NCBI GenBank assembly: GCA_963843575.1
Contig: CAWJKZ010000014.1
Span: forward strand, 608,001-672,000
Length of the DNA stretch: 64,000 bases
DNA from: an uncultured Acidobacteriota bacterium
Lineage (GTDB): Bacteria > Acidobacteriota > UBA6911
Direction of reading: 5' to 3'
A program made the translations under genes and the position numbers. The notes beneath the pieces were generated by a model. The model did not search any database and was not told where the DNA came from. It saw nothing but the letters and a program-made list of their open reading frames with translations. Position 1 is the first letter of the stretch. Each line of letters begins with the position of its first letter. Of this stretch, positions 29,460 through 37,582 are shown piece after piece.

Positions 29460-29512
29460 CAAGATCTCTCATCGACACGAGGCCTGGAGCGCGGGCTGAG
29501 AAGGCCCGCTGT

Positions 29513-30226
29513 TCAGGCCGGCTGGAACTCGGCGCTTCTCGCCTCATACTCCTGCTGGGCTAGCTCGCAGTCTTCGCGCCGCCCTATGTCCCGCCAATAA
29601 TCCCCGGACGGATACCCGACCACCTTCTCGCCGTTGTCGAGCAGGCGCACGACGAGGTCGGGGAAATCCAGGTAGGAGCCCGCGTCGATGTAGCGCAGAA
29701 CACGGGGCTCATAGACGTAGACGCCCATGCTCACATCGAAGCAATAGAGCGGCTTCTCCCTGTAGGCAACCAGACGTGAGCTCTCATCGGTCTCCAGCAC
29801 ACCCAGGTCGATGCGGACTTCCTTCCGGTGCATGGCGATCGTCAAGGCGGCCCCGGAATCGCGGTGAAAGCCGGTCAGGACCCGGCAGTCCAGAGTGGTC
29901 AGCACGTCCCCGTTCATGGTCAGAAAGGTCTCGTCCAGACCCGGGATCATCGCCAGGGGGCCGGCGGTGCCCAGGGGCTGCCGTTCCCGATAGTAGCTGA
30001 GGTTCAGCCCGGGAATGCTCTTGTGCCCGTTCTGAAAATAGGCTTCGATCAGCTCGCCCAGGTGGCCGACCGAAAGGCAGATGTCGCCGATACCCTGCCG
30101 CACCAGCTGCCGGATCATGATCTCCAGGATCGGGCGCTCGCCGATGGGAACGAGGGGTTTCGGGAACACGGTCGTATAAGGCGCCAGCCTTGTCCCCTTC
30201 CCTCCTGCCAGGATGATGGCCTTCAT
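29513..30226 (-). CDS. Sugar-phosphate nucleotidyltransferase
   Basis: ILAGGKGTRLAPYT..PKPL, PLGTAG, NGD, WRDIG. Confidence 0.9.
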   Translation of the reverse strand: MKAIILAGGKGTRLAPYTTVFPKPLVPIGERPILEIMIRQLVRQGIGDICLSVGHLGELIEAYFQNGHKSIPGLNLSYYRERQPLGTAGPLAMIPGLDETFLTMNGDVLTTLDCRVLTGFHRDSGAALTIAMHRKEVRIDLGVLETDESSRLVAYREKPLYCFDVSMGVYVYEPRVLRYIDAGSYLDFPDLVVRLLDNGEKVVGYPSGDYWRDIGRREDCELAQQEYEARSAEFQPA

Positions 30227-31263
30227 GAGCGCACCTCCGCGACGACCGGGTCGGCCGCCGCTCCCGAAGCACTTTCGACCGCGTCGCACGACGTCTCGCT
30301 GCGGTCGGGCAAAAAGATCGCCGACTCGTAGCACGCCATCAGGAGCCCGTCGGTGAATTTCCCGATGCACGGATTTACCCGCCTGCCGCAGCGCATCTCG
30401 ACGAGCCAGGCCGGAAAATCCGCTCCCGCGGCGATCGTCAGGGGAATGCCCCCGGAGAAGCGCGGATTGACCTCGAATATGGTGGCCTCACCGCCTTCGT
30501 ACATCACCTGGATGTTGGCGGGGCCGCGAATCTGCAGCGCCTCCGCGGTGCGCGCCCCCAATTCGATCAGCCGCGGGTTATTCCAGGTGCGGCCGCGGTC
30601 GGTCACGCCGGAGCGGATCACCAGGCGCTCCCTGGGAACGACGCTGACGATTCTCCCGCTGAAGTCCGCGAGCACGTCGATGGTGAACTCGCGGCCAGCC
30701 AGGAACTCCTGAACCACGGGCTCGCGGACGGCATCGAGATAGAAGCGGAGCTCCCGCTCGTTGTATACGGGATGAGCCCCGACGCTACCACGGCCGGAGC
30801 GAGGCTTTAAGAAGAGTGGGTAACCTAGCGAGAGGAAGTCCAGGTCCGCGGGCAGCCACGTGCGTGCGGCCGGAAGACCGTGGTCCAGGAGAAAACGCGA
30901 GGTGAGCTGCTTGTCGTTGCAGATGGCGCCGGTTTGCGCGCCGGACACCGCCACCCGCACATCCATCTTCAGAAAGTCCTCCGCATACGCCCCGAACAGG
31001 GGCAGTTCATCGTCGATGGTCGGCACGAGCAGGTGTATCCGCTCCTTGAAGCAGATCGATTTGATCATCGGGATGTAATCAGGGTCGGTCGTCAACGGGA
31101 CGAGGTAGTGACGATCGCTGAAATAGAGGCCGGGGCTCAGCGTATTCATGTCGGTGGTGACAACGTTCCCCTGGAGACTCAGCTTCTCCAGGGCACGCAC
31201 GAACGCCTGGATGAGAGGAACCCGGCGGCTTGCTGCGGTAATCAGGATGTTGACTTCGCGCAT
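30223..31263 (-). CDS. ATP-grasp protein (CPSase-like/PylC-like N-terminus)
   Basis: NILITAASRR, PTIDDEL, CNDK, KPRSGRGS, QEFL, EVNPRFSGG. Confidence 0.9.
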   Translation of the reverse strand: MREVNILITAASRRVPLIQAFVRALEKLSLQGNVVTTDMNTLSPGLYFSDRHYLVPLTTDPDYIPMIKSICFKERIHLLVPTIDDELPLFGAYAEDFLKMDVRVAVSGAQTGAICNDKQLTSRFLLDHGLPAARTWLPADLDFLSLGYPLFLKPRSGRGSVGAHPVYNERELRFYLDAVREPVVQEFLAGREFTIDVLADFSGRIVSVVPRERLVIRSGVTDRGRTWNNPRLIELGARTAEALQIRGPANIQVMYEGGEATIFEVNPRFSGGIPLTIAAGADFPAWLVEMRCGRRVNPCIGKFTDGLLMACYESAIFLPDRSETSCDAVESASGAAADPVVAEVRS

Positions 31264-31279
31264 CGCGTTGGCTCCCGTT

Positions 31280-32383
31280 TCAATGGTTGAGCTGCTCCAT
31301 GGAGTTCGCGTCCTTTTCCCTGGCCGGTCCCAGCGACGGGAGCAGATCGTCCCACTGCAGAGCGTTGTCCCGCCCGATATTCCTGCGCACCTTCATGCCG
31401 ACGAGCCGCTCCGCCTGCTTCGGCTCCAGACCGGTGCCGGGCCGCTTGAAACCGAGCATCCAGGGCTCGATGGTCTCGTAAGACCGGATGTCCACGGCGG
31501 CCACGACGCTCCGGCGACTCAGGGCACGATTTTCCGCCTCGGATGCCGCCGGGCACTTCCTGCCGTCCCCAAGGCTCGATTCGACTGCCCGGATACTCTG
31601 CACCATCGACCGGAGTTCGCCGGGCTCCAGGCTCAGTTTGTGGTCCGGCCCCCGCGCCTGCCGGTCCAGCGTAAAGTGTTTTTCGATCAGAACGGCGCCG
31701 AGCGAAACAGCCACCAGCGGGAGAAGAATCCCCTCGCTGTGGTCGGAGAATCCGACCGGCAGGTCGAAGTAGTCGGCCATCGTCTGGATGGCCCGAAGGT
31801 TGAGGGACTCGGGCAGGGCCGGGTACGACGACACGCAGTGCAGCAGCACGATCTCGGCGGCGCCCGCCGTCCGTAGCGTCCAGACCGCCTCCGCCACCTC
31901 GCTCAAAAAGGACATCCCGGTCGAGAGCAGCACCGGCTTGCCTTTCGAGGCGACATGCTTCAGCAGGGGGACATAGGTGATGTCCGACGAGGCGATTTTG
32001 AACGCAGCGACCCCGATCTGGTCCAGCAGATCCGCGCTCTCCTCGTCGAACGGGGTCGAAAGGAACACGACCTTGCGGCGCTCGGCGTGTGTCTTCAGCT
32101 TCCCGTAGTCTTCCCACCCTAGTTCCAGCCGTCGGAACATGTGATACGCGGTTTCGGTGCCGTCATCCTGTTGGGCCAGCCGGTCGCGGTTGGCAACCAT
32201 GAGCCGGTCGGTGCGGAAGGTCTGGAACTTCACCGCATCCGCCCCGGCGTCGGCGGCCGCGTCGATCAGTTTCAAGGCCTCCGCGAGGCTCCCTCCGTGG
32301 TTGATCCCGATCTCAGCGACGACGAATGCCTTCGCCCCGTCGCCGACGACCCGGTCGTCAATCAAGAGCTCACGATGTGACAT
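31280..32383 (-). CDS. NeuB/PseI/LegI-family nonulosonic acid synthase
   Basis: AEIGINHGG, DAVKFQ, KIASSD, STGM, HCVSSYP, GFSDH, IEKHFTLD; SAF domain KRPGTG. Confidence 0.93.
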   Translation of the reverse strand: MSHRELLIDDRVVGDGAKAFVVAEIGINHGGSLAEALKLIDAAADAGADAVKFQTFRTDRLMVANRDRLAQQDDGTETAYHMFRRLELGWEDYGKLKTHAERRKVVFLSTPFDEESADLLDQIGVAAFKIASSDITYVPLLKHVASKGKPVLLSTGMSFLSEVAEAVWTLRTAGAAEIVLLHCVSSYPALPESLNLRAIQTMADYFDLPVGFSDHSEGILLPLVAVSLGAVLIEKHFTLDRQARGPDHKLSLEPGELRSMVQSIRAVESSLGDGRKCPAASEAENRALSRRSVVAAVDIRSYETIEPWMLGFKRPGTGLEPKQAERLVGMKVRRNIGRDNALQWDDLLPSLGPAREKDANSMEQLNH

Positions 32384-33048
32384 GGATTTGCCTGCTCCAG
32401 TATGTGCGGCAGTTGATACAGTGAACCGATGACATAATCGGGCCGGGGGGCAACCGAGTCGGTCCGTCCGTTGGGGGCGCTCACCTGGGCGAACATCATG
32501 CCCGCGCCGTGTGCGCCTCGACAGTCCTTGTCGGGGTTGTCGCCGATATACAGTGCCTCGCAGGGATCGGCCCGGAGGTAATCCAGCATCAAGGAGAACG
32601 TGAATGGATGCGGCTTCCCTTTTTCGCTGCCATAATCCCAGGTGTAGATTATCTTGTCGACGCGGTATTCCAGGCCGAGCGCCCTGACTTTGTTCCGCTG
32701 CACTTTTGGGAACCCGTCGGTGATGATGCCGAGCTTGTATTCGCGGCCCATTTTCTCGAGCAGGCGACCGTAACCGGGATAGAGCCGGATCTGAGGCACG
32801 TGGGTGCGGTAAACCTCCACCAGCTCCCCGACCGGGACCGCCCCCCTCAGGAAGCGTTCCCCCACCATGGGGAGAACCGCCCGCCTCCCGGAATTCACAT
32901 GCGACGCCATCATGGAACAGAAGATGTCGCCGCAGCTGCCGCCGTACCTCCCGGCGACGTAGCGGGCCACGGCCTGGTATCCGCTCTTTACGAAATCCGA
33001 TTCCGGGTACAATGTGTCGTCCAAATCGAACACCAGTGCCTGTATCAT
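32362..33048 (-). CDS. HAD-family hydrolase/phosphatase
   Basis: FDLDDTLY, ITDG, KPHP, IGDNPDKD. Confidence 0.92.
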   Translation of the reverse strand: MIQALVFDLDDTLYPESDFVKSGYQAVARYVAGRYGGSCGDIFCSMMASHVNSGRRAVLPMVGERFLRGAVPVGELVEVYRTHVPQIRLYPGYGRLLEKMGREYKLGIITDGFPKVQRNKVRALGLEYRVDKIIYTWDYGSEKGKPHPFTFSLMLDYLRADPCEALYIGDNPDKDCRGAHGAGMMFAQVSAPNGRTDSVAPRPDYVIGSLYQLPHILEQANPCHIVSS

Positions 33049-34154
33049 CAGCAGACCTGCGTGTTACGGCGCGCGGCGGCGCGCACCAGTTGCTCGACGC
33101 GGTGTGCGCCGGCCCCGTCCACCAGCTCCCGGCCCCGTTCCGAAAGCCTCGCCCTGAGCCCGTGGTCACCCTCCAGACGCTCGAGGAAGCCCGGGAGCCC
33201 CTCGACGGGCAACTCCGCTCCCATCCCCAGGTCTATGCAGGCACCGAGGTCCGCAAGCCGGGAGAGCGTGAGGTGTTGGTGCTCGTCGTAGGCCAGGCCC
33301 AACGCCGGAGTGCCGGCGCAGAGGGACTCGTACACGGACAGGCCGCCGGCCGTGAAGGCCAAGTCGGCGTCAAATAGGATTTCGGCGACCGGTTCCGCAG
33401 CCGCCGCCCAGCGAAACCTGACCGGCGACCAGTCAAGCAAGCCGAGTTGCCCCTGGCCCCACCGTGCGAATCCGGGGAATCCGGTCGCCTCGACAGGACG
33501 GCCCCAGAGGCGCAAGCCCTCCAGAATCCGCGGGAAATACCGGCCGGCGTCGCCGCCGCCCAGTGCCACGACGACCTTGCGTATCGAGTGCCGGATCTCC
33601 TTGCGGCGGGCGTGCAACGACCCGAACTCACAGTCCAGCACCGTGTATAACGGCCCCAGATGCGCGGTCGGGCTTCCGGGGAACCCACTCGTGCGTGGGG
33701 CGACACTGCCGTCGATCACGACGTCCGACGGCAGCGGGTCCAGGCCAAGATCATGAATGCTCAGCACCGGAACGGCGCGGCGCTTCGCTTCGAGGCACAG
33801 CGCGGCGGCGTGCCGCGATCCGCGGACGTCGATCAGCAGCACCGCCGGATTGCCTGCCGCAGGCCAGCGAATGTCCGGGCCAATCCGCACCCGGCCGTAG
33901 CCGCCCTCCTCCACCAGGGGGCCGCTCCACGCGTCGTCTGCCGCAAGCAGAAACAAGACTCCGATGCCGTCGGCTCGGAGCAGGCGGGCTAGAACCAGAC
34001 AACGCCGGAGATGTCCGAAACCGAGGGACGGCGCAGCCGCCGTGTGGATCCACACGACGCAGTCGTCTTCTGCGGCCCCGGGGCGCGGGAGTGGTTGTCC
34101 CGCCTGCACAGCGACGGGTGGACGCGTCAAGGAATTGTCACTCCGGCAGTTCAT
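33048..34154 (-). CDS. PseG/SpsG-like GT-B fold nucleotide-sugar hydrolase
   Basis: GFGHLRRC, LGGGD, DLAFTAGGLSVYE, HQ, DGAGA. Confidence 0.8.
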   Translation of the reverse strand: MNCRSDNSLTRPPVAVQAGQPLPRPGAAEDDCVVWIHTAAAPSLGFGHLRRCLVLARLLRADGIGVLFLLAADDAWSGPLVEEGGYGRVRIGPDIRWPAAGNPAVLLIDVRGSRHAAALCLEAKRRAVPVLSIHDLGLDPLPSDVVIDGSVAPRTSGFPGSPTAHLGPLYTVLDCEFGSLHARRKEIRHSIRKVVVALGGGDAGRYFPRILEGLRLWGRPVEATGFPGFARWGQGQLGLLDWSPVRFRWAAAAEPVAEILFDADLAFTAGGLSVYESLCAGTPALGLAYDEHQHLTLSRLADLGACIDLGMGAELPVEGLPGFLERLEGDHGLRARLSERGRELVDGAGAHRVEQLVRAAARRNTQVC

Positions 34155-34185
34155 TTGTCGGACCTTTGACGACTCATCCTGCTGC

Positions 34186-34797
34186 TCAAAACAACTCGGA
34201 CATCGACTGATACATCGACCTCCAGGCGGGCACCAAGGGCAGGATCTCGTACTCGAGGAGATCCGCCACGCAGATGAAGTCCTGCCGCTCGTGGGCGGAC
34301 ACCATTTGCTTCAGTACCAAAAGGAGTCGATCCTGCTGCGCGCGAGCGGAAACACCCGTGACGAGGATGCCGGCCAGAACGGGACCAAAGCTCGCCTGCA
34401 GCCGCTCCGTCAGCAGGTTCAGCCAGTGGAATCCTTCGTAGAGCTGCCGCAAACGCCCGAAGGCGTCCGGGCCGGGAGCAACCCGAAAACTGCCTGCCAG
34501 TGAGGGAGTTAAGGCTTCCACGCGCTCGAGGTAGGAAATAGCTTCCCCGATCGAATCCCGGGCTACGTCGCGCAGGTTTCCGGTGAGAACCTCTACCTTG
34601 TCGCGGGCGACGAGTGGGGCCGGCTGGGCGTCCGGCCCACCGCTGGAGGCAAACGGGATCCCGTCGACATCGATCCGCCTGATTACGGAGTTCGGCGGAA
34701 GGTGTCCCGCCTCGACGTGTCGGATGACTTCGGTCATCGAGGAAAAGGCGGAGGGGGGGGTCGGGATTTCCCTGGCGTCGACAAACAGTCTGGTCAT
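34186..34797 (-). CDS. Hypothetical flagellin-glycosylation-associated protein
   Basis: 203 aa; first gene after a sigma54 promoter; helical C-terminus ending DFICVADLLEYEILP. Confidence 0.7.
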   Translation of the reverse strand: MTRLFVDAREIPTPPSAFSSMTEVIRHVEAGHLPPNSVIRRIDVDGIPFASSGGPDAQPAPLVARDKVEVLTGNLRDVARDSIGEAISYLERVEALTPSLAGSFRVAPGPDAFGRLRQLYEGFHWLNLLTERLQASFGPVLAGILVTGVSARAQQDRLLLVLKQMVSAHERQDFICVADLLEYEILPLVPAWRSMYQSMSELF

Positions 34798-34846
34798 GAC
34801 TTCTCCGTGTGCAGAAGGCTGCGCGCGCTGATTCCGCAGGTGTCAA

Positions 34847-34862
34847 TGCAACTTGGGCGCCA
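34847..34862 (-). promoter_or_regulatory. Sigma54 promoter of the glycosylation-flbD-motAB operon
   Basis: Minus strand TGGCGC-CCAAG-TTGCA (GG-N10-GC). Confidence 0.75.
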
Positions 34863-34995
34863 GTCCGCCGGGGTTCACGGGTCTCCGACCCCGGAGGAGG
34901 GGCGGCAGCCGCCCCGGTAATAACCAGATCCGACGACTCTGCCGGGTCCCTGGGACCCCGGGTTGTCGCAGATCCACTTTGGCCCGATTTTGGTG

Positions 34996-35023
34996 TAATA
35001 CCGCGACGGCTTCGGGTCGATAG
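34996..35023 (+). promoter_or_regulatory. Sigma28 promoter of flagellin 1
   Basis: TAAT-N16-GTCGATAG. Confidence 0.75.
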
Positions 35024-35120
35024 AGTGGGCGACCGCGTTCCAGCATGAGACGCGGCCGGGAGAGCCGACGGGCAGGGAAGCCCGGGCGAGCACCCGACAA
35101 AAACTCATCCAATCCCGTCA

Positions 35121-35138
35121 GAATTCAAGGAGGAATTC
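35121..35138 (+). promoter_or_regulatory. CsrA-type hairpin over the flagellin 1 SD
   Basis: GAATTC-AAGGAG-GAATTC: ANGGA in a hexaloop. Confidence 0.75.
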
Positions 35139-35141
35139 AAA

Positions 35142-35999
35142 ATGGGAGCCTTCAGCATCCTCAACAACATTGCAGCCCTCAACGCCCAGAATCAGCTTTC
35201 GGTCAACAACAACAACCTGAGCCGCACATTCCTGCGCCTCTCTTCCGGCAAACGGATCAACTCGGGCGCCGACGACGCGGCCGGCCTGCAGATCGCCGAC
35301 AGCCTGCGCGCCAACATCCGGGCGCTCGATCAGGCGGTGCGCAACGCCATGGACGGCATCAGCCTGGCGCAGATCGCGGACGGCGCGCTGGAAGAGATCT
35401 CGAACATCCTTACTCGGGCCGTAACCCTGGCCGAGGAATCCGCCACGGAAACCACCGACGACGTCGGACGCGCGTCACTCGACACGGAGTACAACCTGAT
35501 CCAGGCGGAGATCTCCAGGATCGTCAACCAGACGAATTTCAACGGCGTGCAGCTCTTCACGCAGGCGGGCCTGAATGGCTCGGTCAGCATCTTCGTGGGC
35601 GACACCACCAGTTCCAGTTCGATCTCGGTGACGGTCAGCATGATTTCCACCAGTGGGGACCTGGTCACCGACCTCGGCGGATTCGACCTGTCGACCGTCG
35701 ATCTCACCACCGCCGCAGGCGCAGCGAACGCGCTCGGCACCATCAAGGATGCGCTGTCGGTCATTTCGGGCAACCGGGCGGAAGTCGGCGCGGGCATCAA
35801 TCGCCTGCAGGCGGCCATGGCTGTCCTGCAGAATCAGTCCCAGAACACGCAGTCCGCGGAGTCGACGATTCGCGACGCCAACGTGGCACAGGAAGTCTCC
35901 AACCTGACGAAATACCAGATCCTGGCACAGTCGGGGCTTGCCGCCCTGGCTCAGGCCAACGCCAACAGCCAGATCGTCCTCACGCTGTTGAACCGGTAG
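35142..35999 (+). CDS. fliC: Flagellin 1 (short, D0/D1 only)
   Basis: RLSSGKRINSGADDAAGL, IADGAL, NRL, AESTIRDA, ALAQAN; 285 aa. Confidence 0.97.
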   Translation: MGAFSILNNIAALNAQNQLSVNNNNLSRTFLRLSSGKRINSGADDAAGLQIADSLRANIRALDQAVRNAMDGISLAQIADGALEEISNILTRAVTLAEESATETTDDVGRASLDTEYNLIQAEISRIVNQTNFNGVQLFTQAGLNGSVSIFVGDTTSSSSISVTVSMISTSGDLVTDLGGFDLSTVDLTTAAGAANALGTIKDALSVISGNRAEVGAGINRLQAAMAVLQNQSQNTQSAESTIRDANVAQEVSNLTKYQILAQSGLAALAQANANSQIVLTLLNR

Positions 36000-36033
36000 A
36001 CTCCTCACTCCAACCCGGGAAGTGGCGGGAACA

Positions 36034-36068
36034 AAGGCGGGGCTTTCTGAAAGGGGGGGCTCCGCCTT
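36034..36068 (+). terminator. 3' stem-loop after flagellin 1
   Basis: AAGGCGGGGC..GAAA..GCTCCGCCTT; no U-tract. Confidence 0.45.
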
Positions 36069-36202
36069 CCCCTCCTGGCCACTCCGCAAGCACAGCGGTC
36101 CAGCCCCTGCGCAGCCTACCCACGGCCCGGCTCTCGCCACGCGCCGCATTTGACCGCTACCCCGGAATCTCGCTCCCTGCCGCAGCGCCCGCATTTTCCC
36201 CC

Positions 36203-36230
36203 TAATCTCCGGCGGCACCCCGGTCGATAA
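36203..36230 (+). promoter_or_regulatory. Sigma28 promoter of flagellin 2
   Basis: TAAT-N16-GTCGATAA, matching the flagellin 1 promoter. Confidence 0.8.
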
Positions 36231-36346
36231 CGTCTCACGAACAACACAATTTGATCCGGTCGACAGCCACCAGGCGCTGCTCGCGTGGGCCTCCCAAGGA
36301 GGCAGTCCCGCGCACACGGCCCCGAGCTGTCGCTGTCCCATTCTCT

Positions 36347-36366
36347 CGAATTCAAGGAGGAATTCG
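36347..36366 (+). promoter_or_regulatory. CsrA-type hairpin over the flagellin 2 SD
   Basis: CGAATTC-AAGGAG-GAATTCG. Confidence 0.75.
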
Positions 36367-36369
36367 CTC

Positions 36370-37230
36370 ATGGGTTCATTCAGCATTCTCAACAACATCG
36401 CCGGGCTCGGCGCCCAAAACCAACTCAACCTCAACAACATCAACCTGGCGCGCACCTTCCAGCGCCTCTCGTCGGGGAAAAGGATCAATTCCGGCGCGGA
36501 CGACGCCGCAGGTCTGCAGATTGCCGACAGCCTGCGCGCGAATATCCGAGCCCTCGACCAGGCGGTGCGCAACGCCAACGATGGGATCAGCGTAGCTCAG
36601 GTCGCCGATGGCGCCTTGCAGGAAATCACCAACCTCCTGACCCGTGCCGTCACCCTCGCGGAAGAAGCCGCAACCGAGACGACGGACACCGCGGGCCGCA
36701 CCTCGCTCAACAATGAGTTTACTCAGATCGAGGCGGAAATCGCGCGCATCGCGGGCCAGACCACTTTCAACGGCGTCGCGCTGTTCACGGCTGCCGGCGT
36801 GAACGGCTCGTTGAGTGTCTTCGTCGGCGACACCTCCGGTGCCAGTTCGATCGCTGTCTCGATCGCCACCATTACGGCCGACTCCAGCGCCGGCACCGTC
36901 ACCTCCCTCGGCGGCCAGAACCTAACCACCATCGATCTTTCCACCCAGGCCGGCGCGGCTTCCGCGCTCACGTCCATCAAAGCCGCTGTCTCCGGCGTGG
37001 CCAACGGCCGTGCCGGCATCGGCGCCGGGATCAACCGTCTGCAGACGGCCGTCGCGGTGCTGCAGGCTCAGTCCCAGAATACCCAGGCCGCGGAATCGAC
37101 GATCCGCGACGCCAACATCGCCGAAGAGGTGGCGAACTTGACCAAGTACCAGATTCTGGCTCAATCCGGTGTTGCCGCCCTGGCCCAGGCCAACGGCAAC
37201 AGCCAGATCGTCCTCAACCTCCTGAAGTAG
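36370..37230 (+). CDS. fliC: Flagellin 2 (short paralog)
   Basis: Same flagellin N/C motifs; N-terminal region nearly identical to flagellin 1; 286 aa. Confidence 0.97.
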   Translation: MGSFSILNNIAGLGAQNQLNLNNINLARTFQRLSSGKRINSGADDAAGLQIADSLRANIRALDQAVRNANDGISVAQVADGALQEITNLLTRAVTLAEEAATETTDTAGRTSLNNEFTQIEAEIARIAGQTTFNGVALFTAAGVNGSLSVFVGDTSGASSIAVSIATITADSSAGTVTSLGGQNLTTIDLSTQAGAASALTSIKAAVSGVANGRAGIGAGINRLQTAVAVLQAQSQNTQAAESTIRDANIAEEVANLTKYQILAQSGVAALAQANGNSQIVLNLLK

Positions 37231-37450
37231 GTAAAGGCCGGCACCGGCCGGCACCGTCGTGGCGAGCTTGGAGCGCGGGTTTCTTGGAAAGGGGAACCCG
37301 CCTCCCGGCCACACTCTCCCCACTCCAACCCGCACCCCCCCACACCTCCCTCGCACCTGCCAAACCGACCCATTCGGATCGAAAGAACTACCGGCTGTTT
37401 CGCACGGCAGATTCGAGCTTCCCGAGGATCCTATTTCGTCAATTTTCCGG

Positions 37451-37477
37451 TGAGCCCCCGCCCCAAAATGCCGATAA
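37451..37477 (+). promoter_or_regulatory. Probable sigma28 promoter of fliD-fliS
   Basis: Perfect -10 GCCGATAA at 37470-37477; weak -35 TGAG at N15. Confidence 0.6.
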
Positions 37478-37582
37478 GCACACTGTTGTGGCCCGGCGCC
37501 AGGGTTGCCGACCCGAATGCGGGCGTCACCTCCTGACGATGCGCAACAGCCGGAAAAATTTGCGCGCGAGTGAGGCAGAAGG

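Noticed and set aside
31280-33169. 629-aa NeuB with an N-terminal extension
   Set aside because: The extension is the alternate frame of the HAD gene; NeuB starts at 32383.
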